Assembly: GCA_012925625.1 (NCBI GenBank)
Contig: GCA_012925625.1_3625.1
DNA: 32,536 nucleotides
From: a phage
Strand: one strand, 5' to 3'
In this document: one piece after another, positions 16,405 through 24,478 of the stretch
Numbering within the stretch: the first letter of the stretch is position 1
Layout of the letters: every line of letters starts with the position of its first letter
The notes under the pieces: model-generated
What the model was told of the DNA's origin: nothing
The model's database searches: none
The model's input: the letters and a program-made list of their open reading frames with translations, nothing else
Translations under genes and position numbers: made by a program

Positions 16405-16682
16405 CGGTCTCCTTCAGGTGGTTGGGGGACGTAAACACTGTTACGAATCTCGTCAGCAGTGTAGTAGCAGGTTTTTCCAGCCCTGTCCCTAGCAGCAATA
16501 TATTCAGCTATACCTATAAGCGCCATAGCTTTGGTGGCATATCTCCCTAATTCATCTGCTCCCCAGTAGAATTTAGACCAATATGGGATAAGTCCAAACA
16601 AATATACCTTTTGTCTCACTTCCCAATAGGTCTCCTTACTACACACCTTGAACTCCACATCTGTATCGCAAATCTTTTTCAT
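16401..16682 (-). CDS. hypothetical protein (93 aa)
   Basis: Start moved to internal ATG (MKKICDTD...) immediately after upstream stop, avoiding an 85-nt overlap. Confidence 0.5.
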   Translation of the reverse strand: MKKICDTDVEFKVCSKETYWEVRQKVYLFGLIPYWSKFYWGADELGRYATKAMALIGIAEYIAARDRAGKTCYYTADEIRNSVYVPQPPEGDR

Positions 16683-16684
16683 TA

Positions 16685-16978
16685 CTAGTCCTCTTCTGTG
16701 GTTGGATTGGTAGTAAGATATTGTGCATTGGCCGGAGGTACACCAGACATCTTCCACACAATCATACATTTATACCCAGGAATTCTCCTAAAAGATGCTC
16801 CTGAGGTATCCGTGCAGGAATATTTCCGTTTACCGAACCCGTTCTCAAGCATGATCCAGTATCCCGTGTCTTTATCACCTGGAATTGGTAATCCCTCATC
16901 GTCCACCCACTGAATGGACCACGGCACGATGGCTACAGCTTTATATTTAAACTTTTTAAACCACTCAAAAAGTTTCAT
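16685..16978 (-). CDS. hypothetical protein (97 aa)
   Basis: ORF in track. Confidence 0.55.
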   Translation of the reverse strand: MKLFEWFKKFKYKAVAIVPWSIQWVDDEGLPIPGDKDTGYWIMLENGFGKRKYSCTDTSGASFRRIPGYKCMIVWKMSGVPPANAQYLTTNPTTEED

Positions 16979-16981
16979 AAT

Positions 16982-17071
16982 TCAGCCTCGCATAGACATA
17001 ATCACTATAAACAGGCAAACAATGAATCCGAATGCCACGCCACCCATAAACGTTAATATTGATGCAATCAT
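16982..17071 (-). CDS. small hydrophobic peptide (29 aa), not in ORF track
   Basis: MIASILTFMGGVAFGFIVCLFIVIMSMRG; RBS GAGG about 10 nt upstream; wedged between two genes. Confidence 0.35.
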   Translation of the reverse strand: MIASILTFMGGVAFGFIVCLFIVIMSMRG

Positions 17072-17073
17072 AG

Positions 17074-17259
17074 TCAATCAGCCTCGCTTGGCAACTCTTC
17101 CACCTTAACATGCCGAAAAGTGTTACCGTAATGGTTGATCCATGACATCAGCTCACTTTCTTGCTCTTCCTCTGGAATGAACTCTCGAATACTGACAAGT
17201 TTTAAGAAAACCCAATCACAATCTGCACCCATTCTGCCAGACAGACAATAGTGCTTCAT
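17074..17259 (-). CDS. hypothetical protein (61 aa)
   Basis: ORF in track. Confidence 0.5.
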   Translation of the reverse strand: MKHYCLSGRMGADCDWVFLKLVSIREFIPEEEQESELMSWINHYGNTFRHVKVEELPSEAD

Positions 17260-17278
17260 AAAAACCCTCCATCCTGGT

Positions 17279-17479
17279 TTAGAATACTGCCTCTTTTAAT
17301 GATCCAAGGAGCAGCAGGTGTGAAATCTGATCCACATTCATGGTAGATTCAATCTCCTCTCCTTTGAAAGGTTCTCGGCAAAACAGTACTACATTCGGGT
17401 TTTCGCTACGCACTATATAATACAGATCGTTCAAATCATTCTCATAGTAGGTATTAAATTTAAGAATTTTGTCACTCAT
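17279..17479 (-). CDS. hypothetical protein (66 aa)
   Basis: ORF in track; overlaps upstream stop. Confidence 0.5.
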   Translation of the reverse strand: MSDKILKFNTYYENDLNDLYYIVRSENPNVVLFCREPFKGEEIESTMNVDQISHLLLLGSLKEAVF

Positions 17480-17763
17480 TTTCTACTCCTCTTCTTAGAT
17501 TTTTGGGGAGAAACGCTTTCTGCAATACGAGACAAACGTTCTTCTGAAGCCTTGCCTATTCCAGGTTTTTTGAGTGGATTATCTTTATGACCACAATCCA
17601 ATTGGATATCGGATACCTCTCCAACCTTGTAAGTCAATTCTAGCAAAAGGTTGTCGTCCTTGTCAAATGTTTTTACGATAAATTTTTTATCGTCCTCCTG
17701 AACTTCATACCTAGTACCTGCGGTATACAGCATGGTGCCATCAGTGTAGGATATCCAAATCAT
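17476..17763 (-). CDS. hypothetical protein (95 aa), basic C-terminus
   Basis: ORF in track; coupled to neighbours. Confidence 0.55.
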   Translation of the reverse strand: MIWISYTDGTMLYTAGTRYEVQEDDKKFIVKTFDKDDNLLLELTYKVGEVSDIQLDCGHKDNPLKKPGIGKASEERLSRIAESVSPQKSKKRSRK

Positions 17764-18107
17764 TGCACCTCCTTCTGCTGCAACAGCATTAACTCTTTGT
17801 TGGAAATCTTTACTGCTGTCTTTATTGTTCCATCTTCACGGAACCACGACCAGAATTCCACAGTGTCACCACTATCAAGCAAGGCATGACCATGGTAAAA
17901 ATCCTTGTCCTTAGACAGTTTCTCATCTATATCTGCATCAACACATTCGTGATCCATAGCATTTTGCCTGAATGCATCGGTTATGCCAATGCATGCCTTG
18001 CTCTCAAGACTGGTATATCCGATATCTTTTAATTCAGTTTCCCAAGTCCAGTATCCTACAAAAGCTACAACAGCTGCCCACATTAATACCGACTTAATCT
18101 TTGGCAT
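17760..18107 (-). CDS. hypothetical protein with N-terminal signal/TM segment (115 aa)
   Basis: N-terminus MPKIKSVLMWAAVVAFVGYW is hydrophobic. Confidence 0.55.
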   Translation of the reverse strand: MPKIKSVLMWAAVVAFVGYWTWETELKDIGYTSLESKACIGITDAFRQNAMDHECVDADIDEKLSKDKDFYHGHALLDSGDTVEFWSWFREDGTIKTAVKISNKELMLLQQKEVQ

Positions 18108-18167
18108 TCTCTCTACCTCTTTCTTAGTTTATTTAATCATGGCACATCCTTTGTGCCTTGTTGCACA

Positions 18168-18629
18168 CTACTTGAACAACAGTTCAAGATAGTGCAAAAT
18201 TAACAGAAGTTGAATTACGCCTAGCACAACGGCGAGTATGTTAATCTTAGAATCAAAAAACTTCTTAACTTTTACCCTAAAAGGCTCTTTAATGTCCTTT
18301 ACGATCCTATTTATAGATGATTTCATATCCCTGATTACCATCCTAAACATTAGAGACGGATCCTCCTTCTCTGTAACAGAATCGAAAACATACTCTCTTC
18401 GGTCATAAGGCCCTCCAGATCTGCGTATTAACCTCTCCACAGAGACCTCGTACGACACACCTGTAACGTAATCATCTATGACAAGTAGTGACGGGTCTTT
18501 ATCATCCAAGGGTATCAAAGTTATCTTTCCAGATTTTGTTAAAATTTCTCCTTTTTCAAGCAAGGTGTACCAATGCTCTCTACCAAGGTTGTTGAGGCAC
18601 GTTTTTACATATTTAACAAACATCGTCAC
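18168..18629 (-). CDS. hypothetical protein with C-terminal TM anchor (153 aa)
   Basis: C-terminus ILAVVLGVIQLLLILHYLELLFK is hydrophobic. Confidence 0.55.
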   Translation of the reverse strand: MTMFVKYVKTCLNNLGREHWYTLLEKGEILTKSGKITLIPLDDKDPSLLVIDDYVTGVSYEVSVERLIRRSGGPYDRREYVFDSVTEKEDPSLMFRMVIRDMKSSINRIVKDIKEPFRVKVKKFFDSKINILAVVLGVIQLLLILHYLELLFK

Positions 18630-18811
18630 CCCTCATCACACGTCTGATATAACCATTCTATGAAATCTTGATACCACTCTCCCTCTGAGCGCTCCGTAGG
18701 CCAATAATCTTCCCCCTCTCTTGCATTAAAATCTGAGTATTCAACTTTCCACTCCTTTACCAGCTCGTGGAGAAGGTTTTCAGCCTGTTCTAAGGATTTA
18801 TTTTTTGTCAT
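18626..18811 (-). CDS. hypothetical protein (61 aa)
   Basis: Start at ATG 18811 (MTKNKS) with RBS AAAGGGGACAGTA; the track start is a TTG further upstream. Confidence 0.5.
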   Translation of the reverse strand: MTKNKSLEQAENLLHELVKEWKVEYSDFNAREGEDYWPTERSEGEWYQDFIEWLYQTCDEG

Positions 18812-18917
18812 TACTGTCCCCTTTTTCAAGATAATTATACATTAGTGCCGCACCACCCAAAATGGCTACCAGCAGTAATACTCCGGAGAGCATTTCAATA
18901 AACATGGCTTGAAACAT
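18798..18917 (-). CDS. small membrane peptide (39 aa), not in ORF track
   Basis: RBS GAGGTGA; TM segment MLSGVLLLVAILGGAALM; 3' end overlaps next gene start. Confidence 0.35.
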   Translation of the reverse strand: MFQAMFIEMLSGVLLLVAILGGAALMYNYLEKGDSNDKK

Positions 18918-19031
18918 TAGAAGGTCACCTCTAATTTCACGCACCATTTTAAATACACACTCTTTTCCCATGAAGATACTGAACTAAGGTCTGTATAGAA
19001 TGCAATCTCCCTAAGAACAGTATAAACAGTT

Positions 19032-19268
19032 TCAGTCACTGTTACCATTCTTATCTGCCTCCTTCATTTTTCTGACGGTTTTACAGTGATCTACCAAGCA
19101 CATAACAACAATGAAGAGAACGACAGGCCAAAAAGGTGCGGCAGTGATTATAGTTATAAAGTCGTCAAACTTAATTTTTCTACAAGATATGATGCAAAGA
19201 GTTGCTAAAACAACCATTGTCAGAAAGGTCAATGCGCAATACCAAACCAACACAGTATCTATGGCCAT
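19032..19268 (-). CDS. small membrane protein (78 aa, two TM helices)
   Basis: Hydrophobic segments LVWYCALTFLTMVVLATLCII and APFWPVVLFIVVMCLV. Confidence 0.55.
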   Translation of the reverse strand: MAIDTVLVWYCALTFLTMVVLATLCIISCRKIKFDDFITIITAAPFWPVVLFIVVMCLVDHCKTVRKMKEADKNGNSD

Positions 19269-19269
19269 A

Positions 19270-19797
19270 TTACATCTCCTGGTTCAAACTGTTAAGAAAG
19301 GATACTCTGTCTTCGCTATTTTTCTCTGTGATATACCCTCCAAACATGGAAAGAATCACATGCTTCAAGTAATCTTTTTCTGGGTCGCTTAGATGATTGC
19401 GTGGCTTTATTTCCACATCATGGTAGTCATACAATCCACAATCATGATACCCCCAGTATCGACACACCTCAATACTGATCGGGAGTTTTTTGTCACACGA
19501 AACTTTCCAACGGGTTACGTTGTTACCAGGGGATAAATCCTCGCCCACCTTCACGAATGACAAATCGTAATTCATAAACTTTTCGTACAGTTTAAGTACA
19601 AAACCCTCTACCTGTGGAGAAACACCAGCCACTAGCTGGGCGTATCTATATTTACTTTCAATAATTTTTCGGCGCTTTGCTGTAAGGTTTATTGCAGCAA
19701 TTTGACTCTCTGAGTATCTCCAAGGCTTATATATAAATGCTTTCGGGTCTTTATCGCCATAAAAATCTTTCCAATCAACCAGTAGCATACCTGTCAC
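19270..19797 (-). CDS. hypothetical protein (175 aa)
   Basis: ORF in track; overlaps upstream stop. Confidence 0.6.
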   Translation of the reverse strand: MTGMLLVDWKDFYGDKDPKAFIYKPWRYSESQIAAINLTAKRRKIIESKYRYAQLVAGVSPQVEGFVLKLYEKFMNYDLSFVKVGEDLSPGNNVTRWKVSCDKKLPISIEVCRYWGYHDCGLYDYHDVEIKPRNHLSDPEKDYLKHVILSMFGGYITEKNSEDRVSFLNSLNQEM

Positions 19798-20027
19798 TCC
19801 TCCACAACTTCAAGGCCTTTGCCGCCTCGTTCTGGTAGATTACTTAAAGACAGGTAATACGTATAGTCAGGAGAGATCCTGCCAGACTCTGCACCTGCAG
19901 ATAGTAAATCTTTTCCCTTAACCATGACAACATTATCGTTTGCAGATAGTCGTTTTGCTTCCACAATTTTACCAACGCAGTCAACCAAGGAAGGGTACCC
20001 TAAATCTGTAAGAAATTTAACTTTCAT
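19794..20027 (-). CDS. small acidic protein, MKVK paralogue family (77 aa)
   Basis: MKVKFLTDLGYP...GKIV...GKDLLSAGA...LEVVEE. Confidence 0.6.
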   Translation of the reverse strand: MKVKFLTDLGYPSLVDCVGKIVEAKRLSANDNVVMVKGKDLLSAGAESGRISPDYTYYLSLSNLPERGGKGLEVVEE

Positions 20028-20066
20028 GCTACCTCCTACTTCTACCGTCCCTGGTAAGATAAATTA

Positions 20067-20465
20067 TTACTGAACAGAGCGCGGAGCTGGGAAGGATAAC
20101 TCTTCTAAAGAGAAGATTTCATTCCCCACAATCCATGTTGCAGGATCATCTGGGTTGACTGGATAGATAATCATCACCTCGTCAGTGTTACATACCCGCT
20201 TTTTACCTGTGGAGTCATCAGCAACCAGCATGCGCGGTTCTTCAGAAATGCACAGGTAGCCTCCTCGGCCCACTGTTCCTTCCACAGGATCTTGTCCTTT
20301 GATCACGATGATTATCTTCTCTCCTGAGGTGATATTACCTTGCACACTCACCGTTTGACCAACTTTAGATGTGCCGAACTTGGTGGTTTCAAACATTAAA
20401 TCTCGAATTACTGTTGCATAGTCTCCAGACACTTTCTTACCTTCTTTAGTGATCTCAATCTTCAT
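20067..20465 (-). CDS. hypothetical protein (132 aa)
   Basis: ORF in track. Confidence 0.55.
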   Translation of the reverse strand: MKIEITKEGKKVSGDYATVIRDLMFETTKFGTSKVGQTVSVQGNITSGEKIIIVIKGQDPVEGTVGRGGYLCISEEPRMLVADDSTGKKRVCNTDEVMIIYPVNPDDPATWIVGNEIFSLEELSFPAPRSVQ

Positions 20466-20728
20466 ACACTGGGCTCCTTAAATGAATCTATGTAATCAAT
20501 TAAATCCCAAGCATCCCTATGACCTGTCAGAGGGTATACTTCTCCAAGAGGGATCATAGCAATAAGTCTATCAAAAACCCAAGCTGGACGCAACATTTTA
20601 TGGTGATACTCCCACTCACCCTCTACAGATTTTTTCTGAGTAATCAGGATCTCTGTGTAGTGTTTCGCCTGTCTTGAGTAAATTGAAAATGACTTGTACA
20701 TAAATGACCCCCTTGTTGATAACAACAA
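20462..20728 (-). CDS. hypothetical protein (88 aa)
   Basis: ORF in track. Confidence 0.5.
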   Translation of the reverse strand: MLLSTRGSFMYKSFSIYSRQAKHYTEILITQKKSVEGEWEYHHKMLRPAWVFDRLIAMIPLGEVYPLTGHRDAWDLIDYIDSFKEPSV

Positions 20729-20735
20729 TACACAA

Positions 20736-21020
20736 CTACCAGGTTACTGTCAAGTAGGCAACCGTGTTATTTTTCTCTGGAGAGATGCCAACAACATCTA
20801 CCTGCAGACCTCCTGCCCTCAAATCCCCAACAATATGCGGGAAGTAATCTGAGAGATGTGAGGGTAGATTTATCGAAAATCCGCATCCCAGAAAGCCTGC
20901 TAACGCTTTATTTTGTATCTCCCCTACAATCGCATCATAAATGGAGTTAAGCTCGTCAGGGAGCGTTACAGGACGTTTTAGCGCTAACTGGTGCAACTTG
21001 TCCTTAGCACTCATTTTCAT
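20736..21020 (-). CDS. hypothetical protein (94 aa)
   Basis: Start placed at internal ATG 21020, which forms an ATGA overlap with the methyltransferase stop. Confidence 0.5.
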   Translation of the reverse strand: MKMSAKDKLHQLALKRPVTLPDELNSIYDAIVGEIQNKALAGFLGCGFSINLPSHLSDYFPHIVGDLRAGGLQVDVVGISPEKNNTVAYLTVTW

Positions 21021-21550
21021 TTCAAATCTGCCTCTGGTGGTGCCAACCACATAAATGGCGGCAAGTCTAGACGGTTTTTCTTGTCCCATACAAAATATGC
21101 ATATGCCTGACCATCCGTTCTACCATTGGATTGGAATGACGGGCGCTTAGATATTGTGATCACAGTGGTAGGTGCATTATCAAGCCACCATTCAAATCTG
21201 GCCTTGCTTTCCAGAAAATTAAGACGCAAAAGCATAATAACTACGTCGGCATCTTTCAACGCCTTGTCCACAAACTCACGAGCCAGACTGTATGGTGGGT
21301 TGGTGATAATACAGTCAACATGGTTGTATTCTGTATTCAGATAGTCAACACCTTCTTGGATTTCTCCCCATGCAGATCCTAACGGCATACGGGAGTAGAA
21401 CACACCTGAGGCACTATTCCTGCAAGGCTCTAAGTAGGTCCAGTCTTCTGGGAACGGAATAAGGTCATACAGCCCTTCTGCACACCACTCCGGTGTTACA
21501 TACTCATCGTAGGCGTTACGTTGTTCATCAGGTTTTCTAGCACAAGTCAT
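21017..21550 (-). CDS. putative small DNA N6-adenine (or N4-cytosine) methyltransferase
   Basis: Catalytic motif IV CIITNPPY (D/N-P-P-Y) preceded by a possible SAM-binding stretch LEPCRNSASG; RBS GGAG. Confidence 0.55.
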   Translation of the reverse strand: MTCARKPDEQRNAYDEYVTPEWCAEGLYDLIPFPEDWTYLEPCRNSASGVFYSRMPLGSAWGEIQEGVDYLNTEYNHVDCIITNPPYSLAREFVDKALKDADVVIMLLRLNFLESKARFEWWLDNAPTTVITISKRPSFQSNGRTDGQAYAYFVWDKKNRLDLPPFMWLAPPEADLK

Positions 21551-21567
21551 GCAAATCTCCAGATCAT

Positions 21568-21596
21568 AAAAGCCCTCCGAAGAGGGCTTTAGAATT
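21568..21596 (-). terminator. UUCG-tetraloop hairpin AAAGCCCUC-UUCG-GAGGGCUUU (minus-strand RNA) after the ClpP-like gene
   Basis: 9-bp stem with UUCG loop read on the minus strand; only a short U-run follows. Confidence 0.4.
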
Positions 21597-21601
21597 AATG
21601 T

Positions 21602-22651
21602 TTAAGCTTCTTCGACAATTCCTGCACCCAGGATTTTTTCATTGAGCTCTTTTGCTGTTTTAATAATATTGTCCACCAGACGCTTGCGCGTCTTATCTTT
21701 CACCTTAACCTCTTCACCGCCGTTCAGAGTAGTCTTCAATTGAGACAGAATATCCTGAAGTTCAACGACAGAGAATCTCTGCAGATCTTCTGAAGTAATC
21801 TCACTCAGGGCAATTCTGACAGTCTCGCCACTTTCCATCTGCAGATTCAGGAACACAGTGTGAACATCACCTTTCGAACCACCCGCTTTTGCAGATTCAA
21901 CAGCATGAACTAACTCATCTAAAGATGTGCACTGGTGAATCTCCGGAAGACCTGCTTCACCTAACACGCCTTCTTCATCACCTTTTGCCAAAAGCTTTTT
22001 CGGTTTTTGTCCGTTCTGGATGCGTTGTATGTTGCCTTCATCCAGAATAATAGCTCCAGTGCGTGCTGCCAGCTCTTCTCCGTCCAACCACACTTCGCCA
22101 CCAGCTGTGATGGATGCGATCTCATCTTCTGTCAGCACCCCACCGTAGTATTTTTCGATCAGGCGTTCAAAACGTTTTTTCCAGTAGCTGACCTGAGTAT
22201 TCATGTTCACACCGTTACCATAAGTGCCACCTTGATAGTAGTGGAACATAAACTCTGTGTCCGGAGCCACAGTACGTTCTTTACAGCCAAGCCATAAGAT
22301 TGTTCCAGCAGAGCAGCACATCCCTTCAGCATGTGCAACAACGCTTGCCTGAGACTCGCGGAATGCCTGCAGATAAGCCATTGCAATGTGCACGCAACCC
22401 CCAGGACTATTGATGATCACCCGAATGCTTTCTTCCGGCTGAGCCATACGGATCGTCTGCAGACGAGACATATGATCTTGTAAGTCTTCCAAATCGTCGA
22501 TATAAAGAACGTGGTCAACAACAGGTGTTGGGTAGCTGTATGTTTCCATAATACCACCCGGCATACCAAACATTTTATTACTCATAGGTTCGAAACCGTT
22601 CTGTTTTTCTTTCATGCCGTGTACCATGGTGCTGCGAGGTGTTAAATTCAT
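21602..22651 (-). CDS. ClpP/S14-family serine peptidase-like protein with ~150-aa C-terminal extension
   Basis: VIINSPGGCV and GMCCSAGT resemble ClpP INSPGG and G-x-A-A-S-M-G (active Ser aligned); RBS AAGGA. Confidence 0.55.
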   Translation of the reverse strand: MNLTPRSTMVHGMKEKQNGFEPMSNKMFGMPGGIMETYSYPTPVVDHVLYIDDLEDLQDHMSRLQTIRMAQPEESIRVIINSPGGCVHIAMAYLQAFRESQASVVAHAEGMCCSAGTILWLGCKERTVAPDTEFMFHYYQGGTYGNGVNMNTQVSYWKKRFERLIEKYYGGVLTEDEIASITAGGEVWLDGEELAARTGAIILDEGNIQRIQNGQKPKKLLAKGDEEGVLGEAGLPEIHQCTSLDELVHAVESAKAGGSKGDVHTVFLNLQMESGETVRIALSEITSEDLQRFSVVELQDILSQLKTTLNGGEEVKVKDKTRKRLVDNIIKTAKELNEKILGAGIVEEA

Positions 22652-22711
22652 GAGAAATCCTTAATATTGGAAGTTGAAAGCTATTTATTTAAACCTGATT
22701 CACATTTACCT

Positions 22712-23023
22712 TTATTTAGCAATCACTAGGGAATACTTACGATTGTCAGAAGCATCACAGCTCAATGATTGCCAGTCTACCACATACCACGTATCATTGT
22801 CAACAATTACTTTATCGCCTGTTCTGTAGCAGGTGCTGCTTTCAATAATCCGAGACTCGATAAAGAATCTGTGTCGGCGCTCACGTAGCAACGCTAAGTT
22901 GATTATATTACCACCACTGTCCTTGATCCACACATTCTTGGATCCTTTATTTGCCAAAATTGTCTCGCCGTTATAGACAAACAGGCAGTATATTTTATTC
23001 AGTCTCTCTTGTATTGTAGCCAT
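22712..23023 (-). CDS. hypothetical protein (103 aa)
   Basis: ORF in track; RBS GAAGGAGATA; downstream of the 23054-23082 promoter. Confidence 0.55.
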   Translation of the reverse strand: MATIQERLNKIYCLFVYNGETILANKGSKNVWIKDSGGNIINLALLRERRHRFFIESRIIESSTCYRTGDKVIVDNDTWYVVDWQSLSCDASDNRKYSLVIAK

Positions 23024-23053
23024 ACTATCTCCTTCTACTTGTCTTGTCCGATA

Positions 23054-23082
23054 ATAATATCTAAATCTTACCTGTTTGTCAA
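23054..23082 (-). promoter_or_regulatory. sigma70-like promoter (minus strand) TTGACA-N17-TATTAT
   Basis: Reverse complement gives TTGACA then 17 nt then TATTAT; preceded by hairpin AGGGTGG-ttatt-CCACCCT at 23102-23120. Confidence 0.5.
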
Positions 23083-23126
23083 CAACTGTTTTAGATATTT
23101 AAGGGTGGAATAACCACCCTTCTGTA

Positions 23127-23915
23127 TTACTCGGAAACAGGGGTCCAAATATGATTTGCACGATCCTCGATAAGATTGAGTGCAATCTGACGACCCAACC
23201 CGGAACGAACGACATCATCTGGACTATCAAAGCTGATCATTCCAACCTCAGGATCTGGATGGCGAGTAAAGAAATCCGTCACCCATGCAAGGCCAGATTT
23301 ACCAGGGATGTCACGTTGGCTATTATCACCCATAATTACAAGGGTGGCTTGATCAGAGATCCTTGTGATAATTGACAACATTTCTTCAGGGTTAGTTTGC
23401 TGTGCCTCGTCAATCAGGACAAAGCATCGCTCATCGAAACTACGACCACGAATGCTTTCAACTTCACAAATCTCGATACGACTGTTCTGACCGTCTCCCA
23501 GCATTGCGGCAAAAGCACCTTTGCCAACACGGCGACAAATCGTGTCCATCATGCTTCGAAGATAGGGCCACAGTTTCTGCATTGCATTTCCAGGTTTAAA
23601 TCCTGAAGTCTTTCCTGTCTGAACGTAAGGGCGTGCAACAATGATCTTATCAATCTCGTTCTTACGCAGAAGATCACCTGCATATGCAGATGCCATGAAC
23701 GTCTTACCAGACCCAAACACACCGTTTACAATAATAATCTTACGTGACCCTAGATAATCAAGATACTTTTGCTGCTTCTTGTTCATTGGTCGGAGAGCTG
23801 GAGCGGTGTGCTCTCTTTCGTCAGCAAATTTCTCAGCAGCCTTACGCAGGCGATCAGATTTTCGAGCCTCTCTAGCTTCATCACGCATGCGTTTTGTTTC
23901 TTTAGCTCGACCCAT
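23127..23915 (-). CDS. phoH: PhoH-family ATPase
   Basis: Walker A GVFGSGKT, Walker B-like VLIDEAQ, and typical PhoH length. Confidence 0.85.
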   Translation of the reverse strand: MGRAKETKRMRDEAREARKSDRLRKAAEKFADEREHTAPALRPMNKKQQKYLDYLGSRKIIIVNGVFGSGKTFMASAYAGDLLRKNEIDKIIVARPYVQTGKTSGFKPGNAMQKLWPYLRSMMDTICRRVGKGAFAAMLGDGQNSRIEICEVESIRGRSFDERCFVLIDEAQQTNPEEMLSIITRISDQATLVIMGDNSQRDIPGKSGLAWVTDFFTRHPDPEVGMISFDSPDDVVRSGLGRQIALNLIEDRANHIWTPVSE

Positions 23916-23953
23916 GTTGGGACTCCTTTCAGATTGAGATGTGCCAAGTACTT

Positions 23954-24304
23954 TTACTGCAACAGTTTTTCAATAGCCGCTTCCATGCTGCTTGCAACAG
24001 CCTGAACTCGGATATTCATCTCTTCTTGGTGGATCAGCTCCTTAAGCTCTTTAATGGTAAATTCTTTAGAGAAACCTTCCACCATAATCTTGTGTAAGGC
24101 TTCTTGCGTGTCTACTTGCAAGAACTTTTCCAGTTTGTTGGCAGAGGCTTCTAAATCAGCCCGAATGCGAGGGTCATCTGTGCGATTCAGCATTAGGCGT
24201 AAGCCATCAAGATTAGTAGAAATAGCGTCTGCATGTTGAGTAACTAACCGTGGCAAAATGAGATCTACAAACTTATTAGCCAAATCGATACGTTCTTGTG
24301 TCAC
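23954..24304 (-). CDS. hypothetical protein (116 aa), GTG start
   Basis: ORF in track; GTG start overlapping the TGA of the upstream small ORF (GTGA). Confidence 0.5.
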   Translation of the reverse strand: MTQERIDLANKFVDLILPRLVTQHADAISTNLDGLRLMLNRTDDPRIRADLEASANKLEKFLQVDTQEALHKIMVEGFSKEFTIKELKELIHQEEMNIRVQAVASSMEAAIEKLLQ

Positions 24305-24414
24305 TGTTGCACCCCCTCTTCATCCTCATGATGTTTCTTTTCACGCTTGTGTTTTTTCTTGAGCTCAAGCGCAATTTCTTTTTTGTACGCCTTCTTCAAG
24401 GCTTTTTTAGCCAT
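24301..24414 (-). CDS. small Lys-rich protein (37 aa), not in ORF track
   Basis: Strong RBS GAGGAGG; MAKKALKKAYKKEIALELKKKHKREKKHHEDEEGVQQ; immediately downstream of a consensus promoter. Confidence 0.45.
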   Translation of the reverse strand: MAKKALKKAYKKEIALELKKKHKREKKHHEDEEGVQQ

Positions 24415-24445
24415 TTGGCACCTCCTCTGCTTTCATTTTACGATA

Positions 24446-24475
24446 ATTATACCTATCTGAACAAAGCTTTGTCAA
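24446..24475 (-). promoter_or_regulatory. consensus sigma70 promoter (minus strand) TTGACA-N18-TATAAT
   Basis: Reverse complement of 24470-24475 is TTGACA and of 24446-24451 is TATAAT. Confidence 0.55.
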
Positions 24476-24478
24476 CAG

